Source: Polyangiaceae bacterium
GTDB lineage: Bacteria; Myxococcota_A; Polyangia; Polyangiales; Polyangiaceae
Reading direction: 5' to 3'
Length of the DNA stretch: 64,000 nucleotides
NCBI GenBank assembly: GCA_044376115.1
Contig: JBILLK010000005.1
Coordinates: 1-64,000, forward strand
Position 1 is the stretch's first letter; each line of letters begins with the position of its first letter. Made by a program: the position numbers and the translations under genes. This document shows, piece after piece, positions 18,333-28,262 of this stretch. The notes beneath the pieces are model-generated. The model was given only the letters and a program-made list of their open reading frames with translations. It searched no databases and was not told the origin of the DNA.

Positions 18333-19183
18333 GGCTGCGCCAGCTCGGGGTGAAGCAACGCCGCGAGCTCGCGTACGCCCTGCGCGACGCGTGGCCCCGG
18401 ACGCAGCGCCGCAGCGCTTTGCAGCCGATAGACGCGCTTGTTCTTGGCCGCCCGCAAGCTGGTGAGCCCCGGCACCGAGGCCAAGAGCTCGAGCGCCGAT
18501 TCGCTGTAGGCCCCGCCGGAGCCGTCGATGATCACGTCGGGATCGAGCGCGAGCAGACCCTCGGCGGCGAGCTTGGGGTACTTGCCCGAGCCGGTGACCG
18601 GGTTGCTCGCTCCGGCCGCACGCAAGAGCTCATCGGGAAAGGTGCCTGGCCCGGCCGCGATCAGCGGCTTCCAATCGAACAAGAGCACCGCGCGTTCTTC
18701 GCGCAGCGGTTTCACCAGGCGGCTGATCTCGGCGAGATCGGCTGCGAGCTTGGCGGTCAACGTGCGCGCTTCTTCATCGGCGCCGATGCGCCCGCCCAGC
18801 GTGCTGAGCGCTGCCACGATCTGCTCGACCGAATCCATCTGCGGAAAGAACGTCTCGATGCCGTAGCTCGTCAGCCGATCGACGAACTCGGGCCCGGCCG
18901 GACCGCGCTCACCGATCACCAGCGAGGGCTTGAGCGAGAGCACCTTCTCGAGGTTGGGATCGGCGAAGCCACCGATGGTTTCAACGGCCAGCGCCTCGGC
19001 TGGGTAGTCGCAAAAGCTCGAACGCCCGACGAGCTTGGCGCCGCGACCGAGCGCAAACACAGCCTCGGTCATGCTCGGTGAGGTGCTGACCAGACGCTGT
19101 TCACTCTTGTTGCCGAGCCGTGCGCTACAACCTGCCTCCGTCACCGCGACGAGCGCGGTGAGGAGAAGCGAACGGCGTTGCAC
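18329..19183 (-). CDS. btuF: Cobalamin/iron helical-backbone substrate-binding protein (BtuF-like)
   Basis: SPSMTEAVFALG, GRSSFCDYP, PNLEKVLSLKP and RPGPR motifs; GTG start chosen just after the upstream stop. Confidence 0.8.
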   Translation of the reverse strand: MQRRSLLLTALVAVTEAGCSARLGNKSEQRLVSTSPSMTEAVFALGRGAKLVGRSSFCDYPAEALAVETIGGFADPNLEKVLSLKPSLVIGERGPAGPEFVDRLTSYGIETFFPQMDSVEQIVAALSTLGGRIGADEEARTLTAKLAADLAEISRLVKPLREERAVLLFDWKPLIAAGPGTFPDELLRAAGASNPVTGSGKYPKLAAEGLLALDPDVIIDGSGGAYSESALELLASVPGLTSLRAAKNKRVYRLQSAAALRPGPRVAQGVRELAALLHPELAQP

Positions 19184-19185
19184 GC

Positions 19186-20403
19186 TCAGGCCCGACGACG
19201 TCGGCGCAGCAAGGCAGCGAGCCCAACCAACCCGAGTATTGCGGGACGCCACGGCACCGGATTGGTCGGGTCGGGGGAGACGTTGCAACCGTCTTCGCCC
19301 GACTCGGCGGCGTCGCCGCTGCTGCTGCTGGTTTCTTCAGCCGGCGGCGCCTCTTCCGGGATGGCGACGCACACGGTGGTGTCGGGCTTGACCTCCTCGC
19401 AGGTGTAACCGTCCGGACAAACCTCGTCGCTGATGCAGCGACGCGTGCACTCTTGCTTCCAACAGACCTCACACGCGAGCTCGGTGCAGTTGCCACCGAC
19501 AGGGCCGTTCCAGCCCGAGTCGGTCGGCTGCCCAAGCGCCCAGAGCGGAGGCTCGTAGCCGCCGAGTTGCGCTGCGTACAGGCCCGTCTCCTTGATCCAT
19601 TCACCCCAGGCGTGCACCGAGCCGTACACCGGGTTCGAGCAGTTCGGGCCGCCGCGCGAGGTCACACCCACGACGCGGCCTTGCAGATCGATCGCCGGGC
19701 CACCGGAGTCCCCCGAGCAGATGCCCGTGTCTCCGAGCCATTCTTCATCGGTCACGTAGCCGCCGACGCCCTGGCAATCATCCTCGGCGCAATAAACGAA
19801 CAGATCATCGCGCCGGCGGCGCGTGCCAGCCGAGTTGAAGTTGTTGTCCCCGGTCTGGCCATAGCCGACCGCGAAGTACTCCTCCCCTTCGGCGAGCTTG
19901 TAGTCGACGCGCGGCACCAGCGGCACGGCTTCTTCCGGCGCGACGTTGTCCGCCAAGATCAGGATGGTTTGGTCATTGCCACACAGGAGGTCACTCCCGG
20001 GCGTGATCACCACCTCTTGCACCATGTGATAGTCGGCTGGGTTCTGCGTCAGCTGGAAGTTTGTGGTGACGTAGAAGCTACCAGCCGAGCCAGGATTCCC
20101 GGCCTCGCTCTGGTTGCAGATGACGCCCTGCGAGTCATTGCTGATGTTGGAAACGCAGTGCCGTGCGGTGAGCACCAGGTTGGGGCCGATCAGCGAGCCG
20201 CTACAAATGCCCCCCTTGTTGACGTCTACGATGCCGACGACGCTGTTGGTCTCCTTGTCGGTGTAGCCGCCTTGAATCGCCTGCTCTGCGTTGGCGATTT
20301 GCTCCCCTCCCGGCTGCTCGACCTCACAAGCCGCGAACAACGCCACACCACACAGCAACAGCGAGCCTTTGAGCGATGAGCGACGCAAAGAAAGGGACTG
20401 CAT
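19186..20403 (-). CDS. S1 (trypsin-like) peptidase with lipobox and MYXO-CTERM-like tail
   Basis: LTARHC and GDSGGP motifs; C-terminus GCNV...AILGLVGLAALLRRRRRA. Confidence 0.9.
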   Translation of the reverse strand: MQSLSLRRSSLKGSLLLCGVALFAACEVEQPGGEQIANAEQAIQGGYTDKETNSVVGIVDVNKGGICSGSLIGPNLVLTARHCVSNISNDSQGVICNQSEAGNPGSAGSFYVTTNFQLTQNPADYHMVQEVVITPGSDLLCGNDQTILILADNVAPEEAVPLVPRVDYKLAEGEEYFAVGYGQTGDNNFNSAGTRRRRDDLFVYCAEDDCQGVGGYVTDEEWLGDTGICSGDSGGPAIDLQGRVVGVTSRGGPNCSNPVYGSVHAWGEWIKETGLYAAQLGGYEPPLWALGQPTDSGWNGPVGGNCTELACEVCWKQECTRRCISDEVCPDGYTCEEVKPDTTVCVAIPEEAPPAEETSSSSGDAAESGEDGCNVSPDPTNPVPWRPAILGLVGLAALLRRRRRA

Positions 20404-20554
20404 GAGCAAACCTCCGGGGGGCCGAGGAAGACGCGGCAGCATACCAGAAGCAGGCCACGGCGCGCTTGGCGTCCGTCATTCAATTTCTGGCAACCGCCAG
20501 TTGCGCGAACAGCAATAGCGGGGTGCTCGAGGCCTTTTCGAGACGCTCAGGAGT

Positions 20555-20570
20555 GGGCATGCGCCTTGCG
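20555..20570 (+). promoter_or_regulatory. Candidate sigma54 promoter for comEC
   Basis: GGGCATG-CGCC-TTGCG (GG-N10-GC); predicted start site about 20581, adjacent to the ATG at 20582. Confidence 0.45.
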
Positions 20571-20581
20571 AAAACCAGCGC

Positions 20582-22969
20582 ATGTCAGGCCGTGATCCCT
20601 ATTTTCTGCTGGCGCTCGTGGCTTATGCCGCCGCCGGACTCGCCGTCGCGCCAGGCGCGAGCTTGCTAGGCTTTCTGACAGTTCTGGCTTTGCTGCGCGT
20701 GTTGCGCATCGCGCAACGAGCCTGGCTGCTGCCGCTCACCCTGTGCTTCCTCTTGTGCGGTCTTCGCGCCTTGTACGCCGAGCAACGCGGGCGAGCCATC
20801 TACGCGCAAGCGGTCACGGTGGCGACGCCGCTCGGAGACTGCAGCGGGGAAGGGGAGATCGTCTCGTCGCCGCAGATCGCGGGTCGCGCGCTCGACGCGA
20901 CGGCGCGCGGCTCGGCGCGCTTCTACCTCGACGTCGAACAGGCTCAATGCGCCCAAGCGTTGCCGCCCGGTACGCGCATCGATCTGCGGGTGGACAGCGC
21001 GCTTTTGCATCGCGGGGATCGCATTCGCTTCAAGGCCAAACTCGCGCCGCTCCATCTGTTCGACAATCCGGGCAGCTCGCCCGGCTGGGTGCGCGTCGCG
21101 CGCAGCGGTACCGCCATCAGCGGCTACGCCTCGAGCCTCGAGCTCCTTCAGCAAGGCAGCGGCCTGTCGTTTCAGATCGATCGAGCGCGGGCGCATGTCC
21201 GCTCGCGTATCGAGGCGACCTACCACCCACAGGCGGTCGGCTTGGCGCGCGCGCTGGTGCTCGGAGAGACCGACCTCGACGAGGACATCGCTACGGCCTT
21301 TCGGCGCACCGGCCTCGCGCACATCCTCGCGGTCTCCGGCACGCACCTCGTGGTGACGGTGCTGGGCATCGAGCGGGCGCTGCGAGCGATCGTCGCGCGC
21401 TCGGTTTTCGTCACCGAGCGCATCGACGTAAGCCGCGTTACCGCGGCGTTGGCGCTGCCGCTGACGTGGGCGTACTCGAGCTTCGCAGGCGGCAGTGGCT
21501 CGGTCTTTCGTGCGGCCTGCATGATGACCGCGCACTTGCTCGCGACGGTGGTGGGTCGTCGAGGCAGCGGCACGCGCTCCTTCACGGCGGCGCTCGTCAC
21601 CGGCCTCGTGGTCGACCCGATGTTGATGTTCGACGCTTCCTTCACGCTCTCGGCCGCAGCGACCTTTGGCCTGCTCGCGCTGAGTGCGCCGCTGGCGCGT
21701 CTGCTCGGCGCTGAGCCTGGTGAGGACGCGAGCCTCTTGCGTCGAGCATGGGCCTTCGTGGCCAAGCCAGCCGCTGCCACGCTCGCGGCGACGCTGACCT
21801 GTGCGCCGATGACCGCGGCGCTCTCGGGGGAGACCTCAGCGGTGGGCATCGTCGCCAATTTGATCGCCGCTCCGATCGGTGAGCTGTTCGCGCTGCCCTT
21901 CGCGATCCTGCATGCAGCGATTGGTTTTGTGCCGGCGTGTGAACAAGGCGCGGCGCTCGTCGCCGGCGGCTCGCTGCGTTTGGTGGCGGGCATTGCCTCG
22001 TTTGCTGCGGACCTCGGAGGCACGGTCAGCTTGCCGTCGCCCAGCACGAGTCACGTGGTGGTGTTCACCTTGGTGGCGGTGATGCTGGGGCACCGCGGCC
22101 TCAGTGCACGAACGCTGCTCGCGGCGGGGCTCGCGTTCGTGGCAGTAGAATTGGGCGTTCGCTATCGCGAACGCGGGGCCGGGCAACTGCGCGTGACAGC
22201 GCTCGATGTGGCGCAAGGCGACGCCATCCTGATCGAGTTCCCCAACGGCCAGAGCATGCTGATCGACGGCGGCGGGCTACCCGGCCAGCCGCTCGATCTC
22301 GGGACGCGGGTGGTGCGACCCGTGTTGCGCGCCAAGCGCCGCACCAAGCTCGACGTGGTGGTGCTCTCGCATCCGCACCCGGATCACTTTGGCGGCCTCG
22401 GTTCGGTGCTCGAGACGACGCCGGAGATCGGCGAATTCTGGGACGGCGGCACGAGCTCGCCGGCGACCCGCGCGCTGCGTGAGAAGGCCGCATCGCACGG
22501 CGCCACGCTGCGCGAGCCGAGCTCGCTTTGCGGCGCGCCGATCGCGTTCGGTGGGGCGCAGATCGAGGTGCTGCATCCGTGCCGGCCGGCCAGCTACGAA
22601 CGCAGCGCCAACGACGGCTCGCTGGTGCTCAAGATCACGTACGGCGCGCGCTCCTTTCTTTTCACCGGGGACGCCGAGCGCGAGGCTGAACACGAGCTGC
22701 TCGAAGCGCAGCTGCCGCTGCAAGCCGATGTGCTCAAGATCGGTCATCACGGCAGTCGCACCTCCTCGACGCTCGAATGGCTGGAGGCGGTCAAGCCTTC
22801 GCATGCGGTGATTTCGTGCGGTATTCGCAACCGCTTCGGTCATCCGCACGGCGAGACGATGGAGACGTTGTGGGCGCTCGGCGTGAGCACCCACCGCACC
22901 GATCTGGACGGCGCGTGGGTGTTTTCGACCGACGGTGCGGCGCTCGAGGTGCGCCGGGCGAACGAATGA
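20582..22969 (+). CDS. comEC: DNA internalization competence protein ComEC/Rec2
   Basis: GLAHILAVSGTH; metallo-beta-lactamase domain motifs DVAQGDA, SHPHPDH, GHHGS and NRFGHP. Confidence 0.95.
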   Translation: MSGRDPYFLLALVAYAAAGLAVAPGASLLGFLTVLALLRVLRIAQRAWLLPLTLCFLLCGLRALYAEQRGRAIYAQAVTVATPLGDCSGEGEIVSSPQIAGRALDATARGSARFYLDVEQAQCAQALPPGTRIDLRVDSALLHRGDRIRFKAKLAPLHLFDNPGSSPGWVRVARSGTAISGYASSLELLQQGSGLSFQIDRARAHVRSRIEATYHPQAVGLARALVLGETDLDEDIATAFRRTGLAHILAVSGTHLVVTVLGIERALRAIVARSVFVTERIDVSRVTAALALPLTWAYSSFAGGSGSVFRAACMMTAHLLATVVGRRGSGTRSFTAALVTGLVVDPMLMFDASFTLSAAATFGLLALSAPLARLLGAEPGEDASLLRRAWAFVAKPAAATLAATLTCAPMTAALSGETSAVGIVANLIAAPIGELFALPFAILHAAIGFVPACEQGAALVAGGSLRLVAGIASFAADLGGTVSLPSPSTSHVVVFTLVAVMLGHRGLSARTLLAAGLAFVAVELGVRYRERGAGQLRVTALDVAQGDAILIEFPNGQSMLIDGGGLPGQPLDLGTRVVRPVLRAKRRTKLDVVVLSHPHPDHFGGLGSVLETTPEIGEFWDGGTSSPATRALREKAASHGATLREPSSLCGAPIAFGGAQIEVLHPCRPASYERSANDGSLVLKITYGARSFLFTGDAEREAEHELLEAQLPLQADVLKIGHHGSRTSSTLEWLEAVKPSHAVISCGIRNRFGHPHGETMETLWALGVSTHRTDLDGAWVFSTDGAALEVRRANE

Positions 22970-22988
22970 CGATCGCCCTCGGATCTGA

Positions 22989-24362
22989 TCACTCGACCGG
23001 CGTGGTTCCGATCGGCACGGTGCCGCCGTTGGCGATCCACTCGAAGGAGTCGACGATGACCGTTGAGTCGAAAGAAGAATCCCCGGTGTCCCAGATCGCG
23101 AAGCGGATCGCGAACTCGGAGCCACCCACCACTGGTGCTTGCGTCTGCAACCAGGACGTTCCGCCAGCGTCTTCTCCGCCGCCGAAGCCGGTGTCAAAGC
23201 CCGTGCCCATCAGCTGTGAGGGGCCGGCTGGGCAACAGGGAACCGGAGCGCTCGGACAGTTCAGCTCGAAGCAATTGGCAGCGAAGTCAGCGCACGAAGC
23301 GCACACATCGAAGAAGGCGATGTTCACGCTGACCGGGTTGCCCAGCGCGTCGAACGAGATGTTGCCGTCTTGCGCGCCCTGCGGGGGTGGGTCCACCAGG
23401 GCGATGAACTGGTCATTGAAGGTGGTGCAGACGTACTCGCCGTATTCGAACGAGTGGAACTTGAAGTTGAACTTGTAGCCCGTCGCGTTCGTGGGAGCGC
23501 GCAGCGTCAGGTCGAGCGCGATGTCGTCATTGATGGTCGTGGCGATCGGGCAATTGGGTACGTCTTGCGGAAAGCCCGGAGGCGGCGTCCCCGCGAGGTT
23601 GCTGTTGCACGAGTTGCTGGTGCATGCGCCCGGCTGACCTGGAAGCCGCGAGAAGCCCGAGGAAAGCGACAACATGCTGGACCCTGCGAGCGGGAGCACG
23701 TTGGGTCCAAAGTTCGCCTGCAGACCAACCTGCTTGTTGGCCGCGATCGGCGTGCCGTTCGCCCGCGTGTACTGTGCGGTGAGCAGACCCCAGTCTTTTG
23801 CATCCGCGGCTTGCTTACAAATATCCACTGCGCGCGCGCCGTCTTTCGCGTCGGTGCTGTTGAGTGCGAGCCCGTCATCACAGTAGGGGTCCTGCGGCTC
23901 GTCCTTCATGCCGTCACAATCTTCGTCCACCGGCTCGTACTCGGCTCCGCCAGCGCCGCCGCTACCACCGGCTCCACCAGCTCCGCCAGCTCCACCGGCA
24001 CCGCCGGCTCCGCCTGCTCCGCCGCCCGCTGGTGCACCGATGACCTCGATCGCCCCAGGGTTGGCGTTCTTGTCGCAGTCATTGCAATCGCCCTCGGCGA
24101 TCGTCCAGCCGTCTTGGTCCTCATCGGCGTTCTCATCGTTGCAGGTGCCAGAGGCTCCTCCAGCCATGAACTGCTGACTCGAAGAACCCGCGGTACCGCC
24201 GCCACCCTGCGTCTGTTGACCGCCTTGGTTGCTACCACCCGCAGCATTGCCTCCGCTGCCGCCGGTGTTTGGGTCGGCGCCTGCACCGGAGGTTGTGCCG
24301 TTGCCGGCGGTGCAAGCCGCGACGAGGAGCCCAATGACTACGGAACCAAGCTTAGCGTTCAT
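22989..24362 (-). CDS. Lipoprotein with MopE-like metal-binding motif and choice-of-anchor-L-like domain
   Basis: DQDGW...GDCNDCD.NANPGAIEV...DEDCDG, FKFHSFEY.EYVC..FNDQF and IWDTGD motifs. Confidence 0.75.
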   Translation of the reverse strand: MNAKLGSVVIGLLVAACTAGNGTTSGAGADPNTGGSGGNAAGGSNQGGQQTQGGGGTAGSSSQQFMAGGASGTCNDENADEDQDGWTIAEGDCNDCDKNANPGAIEVIGAPAGGGAGGAGGAGGAGGAGGAGGSGGAGGAEYEPVDEDCDGMKDEPQDPYCDDGLALNSTDAKDGARAVDICKQAADAKDWGLLTAQYTRANGTPIAANKQVGLQANFGPNVLPLAGSSMLSLSSGFSRLPGQPGACTSNSCNSNLAGTPPPGFPQDVPNCPIATTINDDIALDLTLRAPTNATGYKFNFKFHSFEYGEYVCTTFNDQFIALVDPPPQGAQDGNISFDALGNPVSVNIAFFDVCASCADFAANCFELNCPSAPVPCCPAGPSQLMGTGFDTGFGGGEDAGGTSWLQTQAPVVGGSEFAIRFAIWDTGDSSFDSTVIVDSFEWIANGGTVPIGTTPVE

Positions 24363-24451
24363 GTTACTCCTATGACCAAAGTGGCCGCCTTGCGCCGAAT
24401 CGGTGACTTACCCGTGGCGGGATGAGGCCACAACGGGGAACCCACCGCTGG

Positions 24452-25777
24452 TTATTCGGGGATGATGTCTGTGCCGAGGTCAACCACCCCGCCGCTGGCG
24501 ATCCAGCGGAAATTGTCGACTACGGCGGTGGCATCCAGCGCTGAGTCCCCGGTATCCCAGACCGCGAGCCGCAGCGAAAATTCGGACCCACCTTCAATCG
24601 GTGCCGTGGTGCGGAGCCATGAAGTTCCACCGGCGTTGCCATCGTCGAACGTGCCGGTCCAGCTGTCGAAACCAGTGCCTGCGAGCTCAGCTCCGCCCGC
24701 TGGGCAACAAGGGCTCGGTACCGGCGGACAACTCGAGCCGGAGCAATTCTGCGCCCAGTTTGCGCAGCTGTCGCACACATCGAAGAAGGCGATGTTCACG
24801 CTCACCGGCGCGCCGTTCATGTCGAACGAGATGTTGCCGTCGAGAGCTCCGGCCGGCGCTGGATCAACCAGGGCCATGAACTGATCGTTGAAATTCGAGC
24901 AAACCCACTCGGCGTACTCAAACGAATGGAACTTGAAGTCGAAGGAATAGCCGGTGGCGTTGGTTGGTGCGCGCAGCGAAACCTCCAGCCCAATGTCGTC
25001 GTTGATGTTGGGTTGGATCTCGCAGCCAGGGGCTGTTTGCGGAAAGCCGGGCGGTGGCGTTCCCACGCCGGTTCCGGTGCATGAAGCGTTGCCGCAAGCG
25101 CCTGCTTGGCCGGGAATGCGCGCGTGACCCGAGGAGAGCACCAGCAAGTTCGAGCCCTCGCGCGGAGGGTTATTGGGTCCAAAGTTATTCATGATGCCGG
25201 CCTGCAACCCGGGCGCCGTCGAGGTTCCATCCGCGCGCACGTAGGCCGCTGAAAGCACGCCCCAATCCCCAGGCCCGGTGGCCGTCTTGCACAGCTCGAT
25301 CGACTTGGCTCCGTCGAGCGCATCTACGCTGGTGAGCACGAGCCCGTCATCACACGAGGCCGGCTCCACCTCGTCGGTCTCCCCGTCGCAGTCCTCATCG
25401 GCTGCCACATAGCCGCCGGCTCCGCCACTGCCATCGTCGCCTACGACCTCGATCGCGCCGGGGTTGGAGTTTGCGTCGCAGTCATTGCAATCGCCCTGCG
25501 CTTGCGTGAAGCCGTCCATGTCTTGATCGTCGTTGGGGCCGGAGCTGCAGCCTTGTTGGTTGCCGCCCGTTCCCGACATGAACTGGCCCGAGCTGGCACC
25601 GCTGCCACCACCGCCTTGAGCCGAGCTGGTGGTTCCGCCGCTGCCCCCGGCCGAGGCTCCGCCGGCGCCCGAGCCATCGGGGTTGTTGTCCGAGGTGGCG
25701 GAGGTTCCAGGCGTGCAGCCAACAAAAAGACTGCCGACAACAGCTGCAACCATGGTTCGCGAGAACGAGCGGCTCAT
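24452..25777 (-). CDS. Tandem paralog of the 22989-24362 lipoprotein
   Basis: Same motifs; GGAGG RBS before the ATG at 25777; lipobox-like FVGC. Confidence 0.75.
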   Translation of the reverse strand: MSRSFSRTMVAAVVGSLFVGCTPGTSATSDNNPDGSGAGGASAGGSGGTTSSAQGGGGSGASSGQFMSGTGGNQQGCSSGPNDDQDMDGFTQAQGDCNDCDANSNPGAIEVVGDDGSGGAGGYVAADEDCDGETDEVEPASCDDGLVLTSVDALDGAKSIELCKTATGPGDWGVLSAAYVRADGTSTAPGLQAGIMNNFGPNNPPREGSNLLVLSSGHARIPGQAGACGNASCTGTGVGTPPPGFPQTAPGCEIQPNINDDIGLEVSLRAPTNATGYSFDFKFHSFEYAEWVCSNFNDQFMALVDPAPAGALDGNISFDMNGAPVSVNIAFFDVCDSCANWAQNCSGSSCPPVPSPCCPAGGAELAGTGFDSWTGTFDDGNAGGTSWLRTTAPIEGGSEFSLRLAVWDTGDSALDATAVVDNFRWIASGGVVDLGTDIIPE

Positions 25778-25952
25778 TGAAACCTCCACACACGGTGCCG
25801 CTTGCGCGGCGCTTTTGAACAAGGAAGACGCTCAGCGTAGCACGCCGCCCCGCGTGCGCGAGAGGCGTCATTCGCGGTCAAAACCAGCGGCAATGCCAGG
25901 TCTGCGCGACGAACAAGCGTCGAAACCGAGCTTGCGCTATGGTCCCGGCTCA

Positions 25953-27458
25953 ATGGCTTGGGAATCCACGACGCCCATTCGTCGCCGAATGAGCCTGGAG
26001 CACGGCCGCATCGACCGCTCCGGCGCCAATGCGATCGCGCTGGCGTACCCTTCTCCTTACCGCGCGGGCATGAGCTCGCTGGGCTTTCAGCAGGTCTATC
26101 GGCTGATCCAAAACTCCGGGGACCTGCGCTGCGAGCGCTTTTTTCTGCCGGATGACGCCAACCGTTTCGAGGTAGGGCCGCTCAGCTATGAGTCGGAGCG
26201 GCCGCTCGGAGACTTCCCGCTGATCGCCTTCAGCGTAGCGTACGAGTTGGAGCTAGCCGGTCTCGCCCAGATGTTGGAGGCCTCGGGCGTACCCGCCCTA
26301 CGCAGGCTGCGCGCCGAGAGTCACCCGTTGATCCTGGCCGGCGGTCCGCTCACGTTTAGCAATCCGCTACCGCTCGGGGCCATGGCCGACGTGATCGTGA
26401 TGGGGGAAGCGGATGACCTCGTGCTCGGGCTGCTCTCCGAGCTGCGCGCAGAGCCAGATCGCAAGCGAGCCCTCGAGAAGGCTGCCGCAACGCCGCACGT
26501 GTTCGTGCCGGCGCTACACGGCGACGCTATGCCGTCGATCGCGAAGGCGGACGTCGCAAACCTCCCCGCCTATTCGGCGATTCGTACGCCCGATACCGAG
26601 CTCTCGAACATGTTCCTGATCGAGGCGGAGCGAGGCTGCTCCCGCGCTTGCACCTACTGCGTGATGCGTCGCTCGACCAACGGCGGCATGCGCATCGTCA
26701 AAGCTGAGACCCTGCTGGCGACGATTCCCGAGGATGCGAAGCGCGTTGGGCTCGTAGGAGCGGCCGTGAGCGATCACCCGAAGATCGCCGAGATCGTCAA
26801 CGCGTTGGCCGATCGCGGCTGCGAGGTGGGCCTCTCGAGTTTGCGCCCGGACCGTCTCAACGAGGAGTTCGTTGGAGCGCTCAAGCGCGTTGGTTACCGC
26901 ACCTTGACGACGGCGATGGACGGCCCGAGCGACCGGCTGCGTGAACTCTTGGAGCGGCGTGCGCGCATCCGCCATCTCACGCGCGCCGCTGAACTCGCGA
27001 AGGAGTTCAAAATGAAGCGGCTCAAGCTTTATCTGATGATCGGCCTGCCGACCGAGACGGATGAAGACATCGCCGAGTGCGCTGCGTTCATCAGTGATCT
27101 GGCCAAGACCGTGCCCATCGCGCTCGGCATCGCTCCGTTTTGTGCCAAGCGAAATACGCCGCTCGACGGCAGCGAGTTCGCCGGGATCACCGTGGTTGAG
27201 AATCGCTTGGCGCTGCTCCGCAAGCTGCTGCGCGGTCGCGCAGACGTACGCGGTACGAGCGCACGTTGGGCGTGGGTGGAGTACGTCTTGGCCCAAGGCG
27301 GAATGCCGGAGGGGGAGGCCGTGTGGCGCGCTGCTTCGCGCGGCGGCTCCTTCGCCGAATACAAGCGAGCCTTCGCCGAGGCCCTGTCTGAGGCACCGCG
27401 CGCACGGGTTGCTTCCAAACGGCTGCAAGTGCTGCAAGCCACGGGATCGGGATCATGA
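25953..27458 (+). CDS. Radical SAM protein with a B12-binding-like N-terminal domain
   Basis: YPSPYRAGMSSLG, CSRACTYC (CxxxCxxC), SSLRPD and YLMIGLPTETDED motifs. Confidence 0.88.
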   Translation: MAWESTTPIRRRMSLEHGRIDRSGANAIALAYPSPYRAGMSSLGFQQVYRLIQNSGDLRCERFFLPDDANRFEVGPLSYESERPLGDFPLIAFSVAYELELAGLAQMLEASGVPALRRLRAESHPLILAGGPLTFSNPLPLGAMADVIVMGEADDLVLGLLSELRAEPDRKRALEKAAATPHVFVPALHGDAMPSIAKADVANLPAYSAIRTPDTELSNMFLIEAERGCSRACTYCVMRRSTNGGMRIVKAETLLATIPEDAKRVGLVGAAVSDHPKIAEIVNALADRGCEVGLSSLRPDRLNEEFVGALKRVGYRTLTTAMDGPSDRLRELLERRARIRHLTRAAELAKEFKMKRLKLYLMIGLPTETDEDIAECAAFISDLAKTVPIALGIAPFCAKRNTPLDGSEFAGITVVENRLALLRKLLRGRADVRGTSARWAWVEYVLAQGGMPEGEAVWRAASRGGSFAEYKRAFAEALSEAPRARVASKRLQVLQATGSGS

Positions 27459-28228
27459 ACACGGAGAAGAAGCGTCGCGGGAAGTCGCCTGCGCAAGGTG
27501 AAGTCGCTGAAGCCGCCCCGGTTGAAAAGCCGCCGCTGTCGCGCAAGCAGCTCGTAAACATGGGCATTCAACTGGGCTTCATCGCCCTGGCCTTCGTCGC
27601 CATTTTTGGCTTCGTTCGCGCAGCCCGCAACGACCAGCTGCGCTCCTTGTGCAGCGCTACCTGCAGCTTTGGTCCAAGCTACGCCGGTCGAAATCTGAAG
27701 GCTCCCGACTTCACCTTGCCCGACATCGACGGCAAGCAGGTGAGCCTGAGCGAGTTCAAAGGTCGCACGGTCATCCTTAACTTCTGGGCCAGTTGGTGTG
27801 AGCCCTGTCGTGAAGAGATGCCTGCTTTGGCGCGGCTTGGGCTGATGTTCAAGGACCGCAAAGACATCGTGCTGCTCACCATCACCACCGATGAAGATCT
27901 AGGCGCTGCCAAGGACACGCTCGCCACGCTCTTCGCCGCGGATGAAGAGCTCAAAGAGAAGGTTCCGAAGGGCACCTTTCCGTTCATCGTCCTGCTCGAC
28001 CCGGAGCTCAAGGTCGTGACCGAGAAGTTCGGGACCACCAAGTACCCCGAGACCTGGATCATCGATGAAGAGGGCTTCATTCGAGCTCGCTTCGACGGTG
28101 CTCGCGACTGGGGCGGAGCGCGTGCGCTCTCGGTCTTCAAGGCGATGGACCGCGGGCCAGGCTGCCTCGTCGATTTCAACGAGGGCAAGGCGGTAGGCCG
28201 CTACGCCGAGCTCTGCAGTCCGGAGTGA
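27455..28228 (+). CDS. TlpA/ResA-family thiol-disulfide oxidoreductase, membrane anchored
   Basis: APDFTL, LNFWASWCEPCREEMP and YPETW motifs. Confidence 0.92.
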   Translation: MNTEKKRRGKSPAQGEVAEAAPVEKPPLSRKQLVNMGIQLGFIALAFVAIFGFVRAARNDQLRSLCSATCSFGPSYAGRNLKAPDFTLPDIDGKQVSLSEFKGRTVILNFWASWCEPCREEMPALARLGLMFKDRKDIVLLTITTDEDLGAAKDTLATLFAADEELKEKVPKGTFPFIVLLDPELKVVTEKFGTTKYPETWIIDEEGFIRARFDGARDWGGARALSVFKAMDRGPGCLVDFNEGKAVGRYAELCSPE

Positions 28229-28262
28229 AGCCACACGTGCGCTGAATTGGCGCGTGGCCCTG

